Shown: positions 25,141 to 36,523, counted from the first letter of the stretch. The stretch is DNA of 43,673 bases from an uncultured Candidatus Obscuribacterales bacterium (GCA_964436185.1 CAYTDR010000001.1:1-43673); one strand, 5' to 3'. The notes: generated by a model not told the origin, from the letters alone. A program made the numbers and translations.

Positions 25141-27057
25141 ATGTTGCGGGATGATACAATTCGACCGTTGACTCGTGGTCTGACCACGGGACGATCTCTT
25201 GAGAAGGAAAGCAACCCGAGGTACGGCTCGTCGCCGCTCATGTTCGACAGGATACCACTGCATTCGATACTATTCGGTCTCTTCCCAGTGATCTGTGGCT
25301 ACTCTAGCCTGGCTACGTATCTCCTCATTGACGAGCTGGTTTTCCCAATTGTATTCAGCTTGATACTGAGCACGGCCACGCTGCTGATATCGTATGCGAT
25401 ACTAAAAAATTGGCGCAGAGCGGGTATTGTAACTTCAACTCTGCTTCTGATGAATTTCTCGTTCGATGCTCTGGCAGTGCCTTGCAATCGATTCTTAACT
25501 GGCATCGGTTTGCCGCATGACGACAGAGTTTACCTGCTTCCATACACACTGTTTGTCGGTCTGGTTATCTGGCTTCTAGTCAAGTCGAAGAGTGACTACA
25601 AAGTGGTCACTTCCGTTCTAAATGTAATGAGCTTTGTGCTAATCGCAATGAACGTTAGCTACATTGTCTATCACGAGATGGAAGTTGCAAACGTGATGGA
25701 GCAGGTTCGCGCGCGCAATGAGAAGGATCTCGCCAATGTAAAAATGACCAAAGGCGAAGATCCGCCGGACATCTACTACATCATTGTCGATGCATTCGGC
25801 CGAACCGATCGACTCAAAGCCGTGTACGACTTCGACAACACGGAGTTCATCAACGAGCTGAAGCGACGAGGTTTTGTCGTTCCCTCTCTCAGTCGGGCTA
25901 ACTATGCGATGACGTGCGTAGCACTTCCATCGGCGTTGAACATGGAATATCTCGACTTCCTGTCCAAAATTCTTGGTCCCACCAGCGGTGAGCACAATGT
26001 TCTTTACCGCATCACGCAGAACAACCGTATGTCCATCCTGCTCAAGAGGATTGGCTACAAATACGTCAACATACGCTCCGGCTGGAGTCCTACAGACTAC
26101 ATGCCAGACGCTGACGTTAACCTCGGCTTTCCGTTCGGAAACATTTTCCATCTGGCATTAATACGGAACACCGCTGTCGGTCCTCTGCAGCTGAACTTCG
26201 ACTTTCTTGCCTGGGCCGCCAGACAAGTCAGGCGCTACGCATTCGATAACTTTGAGACGATCACAGCGCAACCATCCCCCAAGTTCGCTTTCGTGCACAT
26301 CGGCATCCCGCATCCTCCGATGCTTTTCAAAGAAGACGGCAGCGGCTATCCGCTCGACTTGATCTCGCTTTCGGACAAGTATGAGAAACCAAAATACATT
26401 GGGCAACTGAAGTTCGTTCAAAAGAACGTCATCAAAATTCTTGACGCGCTAGACAAAGACAAACGACGTAAGGTGGTTATTATCCAGGGCGATCACGGAC
26501 CCGCCTTCCACGATGGCTGTGATGGAAATCCAAAACCTCCGTTTCTTCGAGAACGCATGAGAATACTCAACGCCTATCGACTGCCGGATGCGGATCCGAA
26601 GATTTTCTATGACGACATCACACCGGTCAACTCGCTGCGCCTGGTGCTCAATCAGTATTTTGACGCCAAGCTTCCATTGTTGCCGGACAAATGCTTCTAC
26701 TCACCCAACGCCTATCCTCTTCAATTCGTGGACGTGACGAAGGAAGTGACGACCGACGTTCCCGGCGAAGCAGATGACAAGCCCGCTGGTACGAGTCCTG
26801 CTAGTCCCACGACTCAGAATCCGGCAACTCCACCTGGTTCGCCAGCTCCCAGTTCTTCGCCAACTCCGAAGGCTCCGCCGGTTCCAGCTGACCTGCCAAC
26901 CTCAAAGACGTCACCAGAGCCAAAATCTCCGCCAGTTCCAGCTGCCTCGCCAGCTCCAAAGACATCGCCAGCTCCCAAAAATCCGCAAGTCCCAGCTACA
27001 TTGCCAGCCCTGAAGACATCACCGGCTCCAGCGGCCTCGTCACCTCCGACGAAATAA
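25141..27057 (+). CDS. Membrane-anchored alkaline-phosphatase-superfamily enzyme (sulfatase/LtaS-like) with proline-rich C-terminal repeats
   Basis: About 5 N-terminal TM helices, then 'DIYYIIVDAFGRTD' and 'VVIIQGDHGP', typical of sulfatase/LTA-synthase-type domains. The start could instead be the ATG at 25240. Confidence 0.6.
   Translation: MLRDDTIRPLTRGLTTGRSLEKESNPRYGSSPLMFDRIPLHSILFGLFPVICGYSSLATYLLIDELVFPIVFSLILSTATLLISYAILKNWRRAGIVTSTLLLMNFSFDALAVPCNRFLTGIGLPHDDRVYLLPYTLFVGLVIWLLVKSKSDYKVVTSVLNVMSFVLIAMNVSYIVYHEMEVANVMEQVRARNEKDLANVKMTKGEDPPDIYYIIVDAFGRTDRLKAVYDFDNTEFINELKRRGFVVPSLSRANYAMTCVALPSALNMEYLDFLSKILGPTSGEHNVLYRITQNNRMSILLKRIGYKYVNIRSGWSPTDYMPDADVNLGFPFGNIFHLALIRNTAVGPLQLNFDFLAWAARQVRRYAFDNFETITAQPSPKFAFVHIGIPHPPMLFKEDGSGYPLDLISLSDKYEKPKYIGQLKFVQKNVIKILDALDKDKRRKVVIIQGDHGPAFHDGCDGNPKPPFLRERMRILNAYRLPDADPKIFYDDITPVNSLRLVLNQYFDAKLPLLPDKCFYSPNAYPLQFVDVTKEVTTDVPGEADDKPAGTSPASPTTQNPATPPGSPAPSSSPTPKAPPVPADLPTSKTSPEPKSPPVPAASPAPKTSPAPKNPQVPATLPALKTSPAPAASSPPTK
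26866..27027 (+). repeat. In-frame 3 x 54-bp tandem repeat encoding PK.P.VPA..P..KTSP. units
   Basis: Units start at 26866, 26920 and 26974, encoding PKAPPVPADLPTSKTSPE / PKSPPVPAASPAPKTSPA / PKNPQVPATLPALKTSPA. Confidence 0.85.
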
Positions 27058-27265
27058 TCAAAGCCCGGCATCAGATCCAGTTTCCAGGGGCTTTCTTCAC
27101 ATCTTTCCGGCTATGAATTGTTCAAAATATCCGCCGTTCGGCCCACTCTGCCTGACAAAGAGCAATGCGACTCGACACTTAGCAAGGTCCAAGGACGTAT
27201 CTAAATCCTAAAGAAACGCCAAAGATTACTGAGAAGCAGATTTAACTAAGTAGACTTAATAATGA

Positions 27266-28954
<1,689 letters not shown>

Positions 28955-28980
28955 GACCACAGTCTCAGGTCATGATTTCC

Positions 28981-29012
28981 GCGGCAGGGTTTAGGCCCTG
29001 CCGCACTTTTTC
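28981..29012 (+). terminator. Rho-independent terminator of groEL
   Basis: Perfect 9-bp stem GCGGCAGGG/CCCTGCCGC with a 6-nt loop, followed by ACTTTTT. It lies 27 nt after the groEL stop. Confidence 0.75.
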
Positions 29013-29184
29013 GAATTTGCTCACCGGCTGAGCAAACCTATTCAACCTGTCTAAAATCAGCTGGACTGCGCCACCCAGAAGGACTCTATCGCTGTCTTTC
29101 GCCGCCAGTATGAACACACCAGCCTTGAGTGACACTCATATATACTGGGTACAAAAGCAGAAGCCCTGAAAAAGGAGATCCGTC

Positions 29185-30615
29185 ATGCTTAAGCTTCAAT
29201 TGAATGCGCTAGAGCAACTCTTGATGTCGACATATCGCACCGAAATGACGCTGTACGTTCAAGTTGGCGATCTTTTCCAGGAGCTGATCATAGATCATGT
29301 GAACAGCCGGCGGCAGGGCAGAGACATTCAGGTCCGCATCAAACAAGATTGCGGATACTCGTCGAACGCAGGCATTCGGGTCAATTCAATCGAAGATGCT
29401 TTTTACCAGGCAGCAAAACTTGCTAAAGCAGGAAAGCCGCTCATGGAGACTGTTAGCGCACCAGATGCGATGCTGCCATTGGTGCGAAAAGCTTTCGCCG
29501 ATGTACTCGACATGCATCATGATGACTCTCTATCCAGTTCTCAGGAAGAAGCGATCAAACTGCGCAAGACGATGCTCAAAGACGCCTTGCTGGCGTATCT
29601 GCAAGCGGGACCCGTCGGAATAGAGATTTGGAACCAGCGATCGCGAAGCGAAAAAGAAGTCGCCGAAATCACGCTTGCCAACCAGTCATTCGAAAACAGA
29701 GATCTGGAAGCATTCAATTTGGAAGGGTTGAACGCTGAAGGCTCGAAGTTCGACGGTTCGAACATGACCGGCGCTTACCTAAATAGCGCCACAATCAATA
29801 AAGCATCATTTCGAAAAGCCACCTTGGATGGTGCCAACATTTCGAACGTATGGTCAAACGGTGTGGACTACACTGATGCCAGCATGAAGCGCATCTACTC
29901 TCACGACAGCTCATTCAAAAAAGCCAAGTTCCAAAACGCCGACCTCAGCGACTCTACATTTAGAGAAGCAGATTTCACCGGAACTGATTTCACCGACGCG
30001 AATATGGAAAACGTGTCATTGCAAAACTGCAAATTCGACGAGAAGACGGTGCTACCTCCATCCCTGACTTCGTTTTTCGGTCTGGTTTGGAAGGGCAAGG
30101 GCAAGAACCCGTTGGTCGATGTTGCGAAGCTGAGTGCAGAGGTCGATTGTGAAACAGCTGAGGAGCTGGTCAGTTATCTCGATCGCAGCCTTGACTCGTC
30201 CAAAATCGAGAAGGCGCTGAAGATGCTGAAGAAAGACACGTTTAAACTCTATTCAGAGCTCGATTTTGACAGAATTTCCGGCATAGTGAAGAGCCAGACT
30301 GATGAGGAGCTCGTCTATGCTTGTTCCCTCGATGATGCGGGGAACTATTGCTGCTGCAGCCAAAATCTCAAGGCTTGCGGGAGCTTGAAGGGCTCCATAT
30401 GCAAGCATCTGCTGGTTCTGTTGATCGGCTTGGCTAAGTCTGGAACAATTGGCTGCAAGACCGCCGCACAGTGGGCGGTAGCCAGTAAAGCGCTAAGAGC
30501 GCAGTTGAATAAAGAAGAAATGACAGCCTTGTTCGTCAAATTCAAGGGCGCTCTCGTCGGAGAAATCGACTGGCGTCCGACGGAAACTATTCCTGAGGAT
30601 TACTACGCGTTCTAA
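29185..30615 (+). CDS. Pentapeptide-repeat protein with C-terminal SWIM-type zinc finger
   Basis: AAGGAGA RBS. Pentapeptide (A[DN]LxX-like) repeats span about nt 29677-30055 ('ADLSDSTFREADFTGTDFTDANMENVSLQNCKF'). 'YCCCSQNLKACGSLKGSICKHLLVLL' matches CxC-x16-CxH at 30349-30408. Confidence 0.7.
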   Translation: MLKLQLNALEQLLMSTYRTEMTLYVQVGDLFQELIIDHVNSRRQGRDIQVRIKQDCGYSSNAGIRVNSIEDAFYQAAKLAKAGKPLMETVSAPDAMLPLVRKAFADVLDMHHDDSLSSSQEEAIKLRKTMLKDALLAYLQAGPVGIEIWNQRSRSEKEVAEITLANQSFENRDLEAFNLEGLNAEGSKFDGSNMTGAYLNSATINKASFRKATLDGANISNVWSNGVDYTDASMKRIYSHDSSFKKAKFQNADLSDSTFREADFTGTDFTDANMENVSLQNCKFDEKTVLPPSLTSFFGLVWKGKGKNPLVDVAKLSAEVDCETAEELVSYLDRSLDSSKIEKALKMLKKDTFKLYSELDFDRISGIVKSQTDEELVYACSLDDAGNYCCCSQNLKACGSLKGSICKHLLVLLIGLAKSGTIGCKTAAQWAVASKALRAQLNKEEMTALFVKFKGALVGEIDWRPTETIPEDYYAF

Positions 30616-30625
30616 CGTCCAGGGT

Positions 30626-31882
30626 TCATTGCTGGGGTGGAATTTTCGTCAGTAGGGTTTCTAGTAAGAGCTGTGATTCGAAGTCACTGCGGCTGGCCAC
30701 CCAGGCGTTTACTAGACAATGGCATCTGATCTTGTCAGCGACTTCGGTGGGACTAAAACCTTTTGCGGCGATGAGCTTCACCTCGATCGTCTCATCGGGT
30801 TTGAACGCCGTCTTCTGCGATGTGCGTGCGGTCAGCTCACTTCTGGTTCGGCAGTTCTCAAAGCGGGCGCGAAACCGAATGGGCTTATCGGAAAGATCTT
30901 TTCCGCTGACGTTTTTGACTTTGATCGTCACTTGCGGCACGTAGACACCGTTTTCATGCGACCAATCAGCGACAGACTCAACAACTTTTATTCGGCAAAT
31001 CGAAGAATCATTCAGGCTCGTTAAGGCACTGAACATCTTGGGAGTTAGAGCCACTTTCTTCGCTTTCTCGTATGTGGATTTTGCTTCAGCGTAGTTCCCC
31101 TGCAACGTCAATACACGTCCCAGATTTTCATAAGCCGCCACCATAGATGGGTTAAGCTCGATCGCTTTGTCGAGCAGTTGTTTGGCTTCGTCCAGTCTGT
31201 TGATCATCGAATAAACGGCACCGAGCTTGTTGCAGGATTTGGCCGTCTTCTCTATCTTCACGGCTTGCTCAGCCTCTTCGACGGCTTTATCAATGTCGCC
31301 CTGGCGAAGATACACATCGCATAGCCCCACATACGACACCACGTTGTCCGGTTTCAACTCGATTGCTTTCTTGAACTCCACAATCGCCTCATCGAGTCGA
31401 TTCAATCGTTCGCACACCGAGCCGAGCCGCACATGGGCGACAGAGTTATCAGGTTTAATCCTTGCAGCTTCTGAAAACTCCTTGTGAGCTTCCGTGAATT
31501 GATTTTTGTTGAAATAGATCATTCCCTTGTAGATGTGAGCCAGATGCGACTCCGGGTTCAACTTGAGAGCCTGATTTTCTTCCGCGATTGCCGCCTCATA
31601 CCGATTCAACGATGCCAGAACAGCGCCGCGCTCCTGGTGTGCTCTGGCATTCTCCGGGTCTTTGGCAAGAACTTTATCGTAAATCTTCAATGCCGCTTCA
31701 AACTTATTGGCTTCTCTCAGAGTCATTGCATTTTCGAAAACAGTTTCCATGTCGTCGGCTGCCAAGCATGTCGGCAGCCCGATTACCGCGGACATAAAGA
31801 TCGAGAGCGACCAGCAGATGAGAAGCTTGGCTCTGATTGCAGCGACTGTTGACCTGCAAATTCGCTGTTTTTTTGCTGCCAT
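30626..31882 (-). CDS. Membrane-anchored/secreted TPR-repeat protein with non-TPR C-terminal domain
   Basis: About 7 canonical TPR units ('ALKIYDKVLAKDPENARAHQERG...'). Start set at the ATG at 31882 (GGAGA RBS, hydrophobic 'LLICWSLSIFMSAVIGL'), which removes the overlap with the upstream gene. Confidence 0.75.
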   Translation of the reverse strand: MAAKKQRICRSTVAAIRAKLLICWSLSIFMSAVIGLPTCLAADDMETVFENAMTLREANKFEAALKIYDKVLAKDPENARAHQERGAVLASLNRYEAAIAEENQALKLNPESHLAHIYKGMIYFNKNQFTEAHKEFSEAARIKPDNSVAHVRLGSVCERLNRLDEAIVEFKKAIELKPDNVVSYVGLCDVYLRQGDIDKAVEEAEQAVKIEKTAKSCNKLGAVYSMINRLDEAKQLLDKAIELNPSMVAAYENLGRVLTLQGNYAEAKSTYEKAKKVALTPKMFSALTSLNDSSICRIKVVESVADWSHENGVYVPQVTIKVKNVSGKDLSDKPIRFRARFENCRTRSELTARTSQKTAFKPDETIEVKLIAAKGFSPTEVADKIRCHCLVNAWVASRSDFESQLLLETLLTKIPPQQ

Positions 31883-31955
31883 CAGGTGACAATCTCCTCT
31901 GCCGTAAATGGCATCAAATGTAATACCAATCCCCAAACAAACATCCGGTTCAATT

Positions 31956-33368
31956 TCAGAACTCACGAACATCGAAACCTTTCAGCGACTGCAGAAACCC
32001 GTCGGCATGCTCCAAGTAGATATCACGGGTGATGCCTCCTACAATTCTGGGAACGCTGTATTTCATCCCCGAGATGCTGGCGCCACCGAAGCCAAGACTG
32101 AGCAAACAGCCGAATGTGTAACAGTAGAGATTTTTGAGATATGGAGCTCGGCCAGGAACTTTCTCTTGAAACTCGAAGTTACTTCCTAGGTAGGGATGGC
32201 GCATGAGATCTTCCCGACGTTCCTCAGCAGGTGGTTGATAACGATCATCCCAAACTGCGATCTCATCGGCAATTTTGGCCAGCTCCGGACGTTTCGAAAG
32301 ATCGGTTATAAAACCAGTTCCGATGATGACAAAGTCAACATCGAATTCGCCCTTAGTAGTCGAGATATGCACACCACGCTCCGATTGCAAAACGCGTCGC
32401 CATTGGCTGCCACCGTGCAATCGGAAGTTCGCATGTCGGGTCGCTCTATCGTAAGTGTCTGATGGAGGAAGCTGACCCATTCTTAAGATCTGGTCTATGA
32501 ACTGATACTTCAGCGCATCAGGGAGATCAGCATGATGCTTGAGAAATCCGACGAACTCCGCCCAGCGATATGGATTTATGTTGGGAAGATCGTCTCGCCG
32601 GTAAAACAGGTGCACTTCTCTGGCTCCCACTTCAAGAGCCACGGACGCATTGTCAAAAGCTGAGGCACCAGCTCCCAAAACCGCGACAGATTTGTCTTTC
32701 AGGCTGGAGAAAACGATCTCTTCTCTGGTGTGTGCATATGATTCTCGGGGTAGGTTTTCCGTGATCAGGGCAGGCATATCCCATCTACCGCAGCCATCTA
32801 TTCCAGTTGAAAGAACTACTCTACGAGCGAGCACGCGGTCGTTTCCACGTGGAGATTGAATAGGAACGATGAAACATTGATCCTCGTCGCTCCACTCGAC
32901 AGCTCCCGCGCGAGTCTCGTTGCGCACAGGTATCCCGAGAAGTCTGCGATACCAGAGCAGATACTCAGCCCACTGATCTTTCGGCAACAGCTCCAGATCC
33001 TGCCATGCTTGAGCACCGAACTGTGCCTCATACCAGGCGCGGGTTGTCAGGTTTGGCAACCCAAGGTCCGGTCCGGTCACATGCTTGGGCGTTCGGAGAG
33101 TGTGCATGCGAGCAAAGGTGAGCCAGGGTCCTTCTAGACCTTCCTTGTTCTCATCGATCACCAGGATGTTACTGACCTTCTCGCGCATAAGGGCGAACGC
33201 GCAAGCGATGCCACTTTGTCCAGCGCCGACGATCAAAACGTCGAGAATGTCAGTACCATTAGCACTCTTCCTCGAGGGCACCCATTGTTTCACCGGATAA
33301 TTAGTCAGGTCGAGGTCTCTGCGAATTGCCGACTCCAGCTCTTTAAGGCTGTTTACACTATGATTCAT
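31956..33368 (-). CDS. FAD/NAD(P)-binding oxidoreductase (class-B flavoprotein monooxygenase-like)
   Basis: Two dinucleotide folds: 'DVLIVGAGQSGIACAFAL' and 'SVAVLGAGASAFDNA'. AGGAGA RBS. Confidence 0.7.
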   Translation of the reverse strand: MNHSVNSLKELESAIRRDLDLTNYPVKQWVPSRKSANGTDILDVLIVGAGQSGIACAFALMREKVSNILVIDENKEGLEGPWLTFARMHTLRTPKHVTGPDLGLPNLTTRAWYEAQFGAQAWQDLELLPKDQWAEYLLWYRRLLGIPVRNETRAGAVEWSDEDQCFIVPIQSPRGNDRVLARRVVLSTGIDGCGRWDMPALITENLPRESYAHTREEIVFSSLKDKSVAVLGAGASAFDNASVALEVGAREVHLFYRRDDLPNINPYRWAEFVGFLKHHADLPDALKYQFIDQILRMGQLPPSDTYDRATRHANFRLHGGSQWRRVLQSERGVHISTTKGEFDVDFVIIGTGFITDLSKRPELAKIADEIAVWDDRYQPPAEERREDLMRHPYLGSNFEFQEKVPGRAPYLKNLYCYTFGCLLSLGFGGASISGMKYSVPRIVGGITRDIYLEHADGFLQSLKGFDVREF

Positions 33369-33608
33369 TGATCTCCTGGTGCCGCTCTACGAACATGGAT
33401 TCTCGCATATTACTCGAACTCTGTTTGGAGTGCATTTAGAATCTTGTATAGCTTATTCAAACTGTCTAAGAAAGCGGATCGGCAACCAGTCAATGGGTCA
33501 TAATTGCAAGGGAATGCCATCGTTTTCCGCAGACGATCGATAAATTAGTGCGCCTCATATCGTTTGATGGCGCATTCCGGCAAGTTGATTTAAATAAAAG
33601 GCCTTGTG

Positions 33609-34454
33609 ATGAGCAAATTCGACTTTACCCTGGTTACCTATAACGATCTTCCAAACCTTGATCCCGACGATCGGCTCCTGGCACAAGAGCTGGAGCGGCG
33701 CGGATATTCGTGTTCCGAAAGCATATGGAACGATCGCAAAGTAGATTGGGGAAATTCGCGAGTATGCATTATTCGATCGACATGGGACTATCATCTGCAG
33801 CTCGAAGAGTTCCTCACCTGGGTCGATCATTTAGAGCGCGAGAGCAAAGTCTTGAATTCTCCTGACCTGATCCGCTGGAACGTGAACAAGACCTATTTGC
33901 GAGATCTGGAGCAAAAAGGCATTCCCGTCGTACCAACGCAATGGATCGAGAAAGGAAGCAAGTTCCAAATTTCGACTCTGTTCGATCGATGGCCGGAATT
34001 GGTAATAAAGCCTTCTGTTGGATTGGCAACCTTCGGGGTTCGCCGTTCCAACGCAAGCGATGAGGGCGCGCAGAACCATCTCGATCAGCTTCTTTGCAAC
34101 GGCGATGTTATGGTCCAGGAATACATGAAGAATGTCACCACATATGGTGAGCGTGCGCTGGTATTCTTTCAGGGCAAGTATTCACATGCCGTCTCTAAGA
34201 GTCCATTCCAACATTTAGCTGTAAGCGGACGCGCTGGAGAACAAGCAGTAACAGCGGCGCCAGACGAAATCGAGCTCGGCGAGAAAATAATCGACTCATT
34301 GCATACACTCCCGCACTATGCCCGTGTCGATATGGTCAGGGACAATTCCGATCGGCCAGTTCTACTCGAACTGGAACTCGTCGAACCGAGCCTCTTTCTG
34401 GCATTCGGAGAGGATGCGCCCCGCCGATTCGCGGATGCAATTCTGTCGAACTAG
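33609..34454 (+). CDS. ATP-grasp domain protein (RimK/glutathione-synthetase-like ligase)
   Basis: By eye: 'NKTYLRDLEQKGIPVVPT', 'LVIKPSVGLATFGV', 'VMVQEYM...GERALVFFQGKYSHAV' and 'ARVDMV...PVLLELELVEPSLF' follow the ATP-grasp layout. Confidence 0.65.
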   Translation: MSKFDFTLVTYNDLPNLDPDDRLLAQELERRGYSCSESIWNDRKVDWGNSRVCIIRSTWDYHLQLEEFLTWVDHLERESKVLNSPDLIRWNVNKTYLRDLEQKGIPVVPTQWIEKGSKFQISTLFDRWPELVIKPSVGLATFGVRRSNASDEGAQNHLDQLLCNGDVMVQEYMKNVTTYGERALVFFQGKYSHAVSKSPFQHLAVSGRAGEQAVTAAPDEIELGEKIIDSLHTLPHYARVDMVRDNSDRPVLLELELVEPSLFLAFGEDAPRRFADAILSN

Positions 34455-34615
34455 ATTACGACTCGCTTCAATCGACAATCTCGCCGTCCCCTAGCCAGGT
34501 TCATTACCGTTGCAAAACCGAAAAAAGCTTGCGAGCGCGTGACCAATTATCGGTATCGACGAGCCGATAGCTTGCAGACTTGCACGATCGTGGATAATAA
34601 CCAAAGATTTACTCT

Positions 34616-34647
34616 CGGTATCAGCCCCTTCGTGATCGCTGATACCG
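34616..34647. other. 10-bp perfect inverted repeat in convergent intergenic gap (possible terminator or binding site)
   Basis: CGGTATCAGC-(12 nt)-GCTGATACCG, 14 nt beyond the stop of the ArnT-like gene. No flanking U-tract on either strand. Confidence 0.3.
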
Positions 34648-34660
34648 GTCAAACGATTGG

Positions 34661-36523
34661 CTATTCGCGCGTGCCACCAGCCAGAGGTAAGACACCATAT
34701 GTGTACTTGCCGCACGAAAACTTGATGTTCTTGGTTAAAGCTCGCTCCAGCGTAGGCAATCGCTCCACAGTGAGCCTGTCACTGACGAGCAAATGCCAGT
34801 CACCTGATTGCTTCAGGACAGTCAGTTCAGGGAAGAGCGCCAAAAGCCTGCGGTCTCTTGTAAGAATGTACTGTTTCTTGGATCCAGTGGTCACATCCGA
34901 AGCACGCATCCTATGAATCTGATTGGTATTGAAAAATGAATCGACTGGGCGTTTTAACATTGCATACACCCTGGGTCGGAACTCCTGATAGATTGCGAAG
35001 TTTCCATCCAGCCCAATGGCTGCCGATGTGACAGTATCCAGATCTCGTTGTTTCACGTCATAACCGATCTCAAAACAAGCCAGTGCACCAAAGGAAGTGG
35101 CAACCACGACTCCACATGCGATGATGGCGGGACTGACCAATCTATGGCTCTTCACGAACCATCTTTGAGCAATGAGCAGTGTAGACGAGGCAGCCAAAGC
35201 GACGATTAGAGTTATCTTGGCAGACTGTGGTATCAGATCGAGCAGACCCATGAATCTGTTCGCCACCTTCGCCCCGAGTATCGGCACTAATGTGGACGCC
35301 TCAGCGCCGGAGAAACAGACCAAAATCGCAGCGACCAAAAGAAAAATGACACCAAGAACGGCAAAGGCATCGTTAATGATTGCAGCCCGCCGCGACTTAT
35401 CTGATGACAGAGCGTGGTCCACATATTGCCCGAGCAACATTGCCAGAGCCGGAAATGCAGGGATCAGATAGGTATTGAGCTTAGTTTGCGAGACGCTGAA
35501 AAACGCGAATATAGATAGAAACCAGAACGCTAACATAAAAGTAGCGGCCTTCGATCTGTCCAGCTTACCCGAAGTGCGAATGCGATTCCCGGTCCAATGG
35601 GCCATCGAAGGAAAGAGCAGTGTCCAGGCGCCCAGCCCATAGGCCACTACCGGAATGTAGTACCACCACGATCCGGCGTTGCGTCTCACGGTGCTGCCGA
35701 GAAACCGTCCGAAGTTCTCATGCATGAAAAAGACCTTGTCCCACAGCCAGTTCGTCGCCAGACCCACGGCCACATACCATGGAATGGCGACTGCAGCGAA
35801 TAAGAGCGTTCCCTTCACTAAATGAAAGCGAGAGAGCAGCTCGCCAAACGATTCCTTCTTCCAAGCAAGAACTAAAGCATAGCCGATCATTCCCGCACCA
35901 TAGAGGAGCAGTGCCGCCGGTCCCTTGGTTAGAACCGCCAGGCCAAGGGCAATATAGATCGCCGGCCACCAGCGTTCGCTCTTCGCGGCCAGCGTCATAA
36001 GTGTGGCACAAAGTGCTATTCCCAGGCAGGAGCTGAAGACCATATCGACAAGCGACATTCTTGCAAATGTCACCACCAGCGGTGATGACGCCAAGATAAT
36101 GCCTGCGATCAAACCCGCTCGTCGTGTGTCTACGCATCGAATCGCCCAGTAGCAAGCCACCGTCAATATAGTGGCAAAAACCGCAGACCAGAATCGAGCA
36201 GCGAATGCATTCACACCGAAGACCGAATACGCTGATCCGATCAACCAGTAGATAAGAATTGGTTTCGAGAAGTAAATTTGATAGTTGAGGTAGGGAGTAA
36301 CCATGTCCCCGCGCTCGATCATCTCTCGTGCAGCTTCGGAGAAATAACCATCGCCCGGATCGACCAGACCGCTGGCACCTAGTCCGAGGAAGAACGTGAA
36401 AAAGCAGACTGTCAGGAGAGCGAGAAGGCAACGTACATCGACGGAGTTAAATGCGTCCGCAGTTGGTGACAACGCGCGGACCGTCTCTTTCTTATCCGAA
36501 ATGGGGTATGGTGCCGTTCTCAC
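34661..36523 (-). CDS. ArnT/PMT-like GT-C glycosyltransferase (GT39/GT83 family) with C-terminal periplasmic domain
   Basis: 'DPGDGYFSEAAREMIERGDMVTPYLNYQIYFSKPILIYWLIGSAYSVFGVNAFAARFWSA' closely matches the ArnT/PMT_2 N-terminal signature. About 12 TM segments. GTG start with a GGGAGA RBS. Confidence 0.8.
   Translation of the reverse strand: MRTAPYPISDKKETVRALSPTADAFNSVDVRCLLALLTVCFFTFFLGLGASGLVDPGDGYFSEAAREMIERGDMVTPYLNYQIYFSKPILIYWLIGSAYSVFGVNAFAARFWSAVFATILTVACYWAIRCVDTRRAGLIAGIILASSPLVVTFARMSLVDMVFSSCLGIALCATLMTLAAKSERWWPAIYIALGLAVLTKGPAALLLYGAGMIGYALVLAWKKESFGELLSRFHLVKGTLLFAAVAIPWYVAVGLATNWLWDKVFFMHENFGRFLGSTVRRNAGSWWYYIPVVAYGLGAWTLLFPSMAHWTGNRIRTSGKLDRSKAATFMLAFWFLSIFAFFSVSQTKLNTYLIPAFPALAMLLGQYVDHALSSDKSRRAAIINDAFAVLGVIFLLVAAILVCFSGAEASTLVPILGAKVANRFMGLLDLIPQSAKITLIVALAASSTLLIAQRWFVKSHRLVSPAIIACGVVVATSFGALACFEIGYDVKQRDLDTVTSAAIGLDGNFAIYQEFRPRVYAMLKRPVDSFFNTNQIHRMRASDVTTGSKKQYILTRDRRLLALFPELTVLKQSGDWHLLVSDRLTVERLPTLERALTKNIKFSCGKYTYGVLPLAGGTRE

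Noticed and set aside
27179-27204. CIRCE (HrcA operator) upstream of groEL
   Set aside because: TTAGCAAGG-N9-GTATCTAA matches only the outer TTAG.A/T.TAA positions of TTAGCACTC-N9-GAGTGCTAA, and the arms are not complementary.
34491-34916. 74-aa (-) and 125-aa (+) ORFs in and around the convergent gap after the ATP-grasp gene
   Set aside because: The 125-aa ORF is largely antisense to the well-supported ArnT-like C-terminus. Neither has an RBS or motif.
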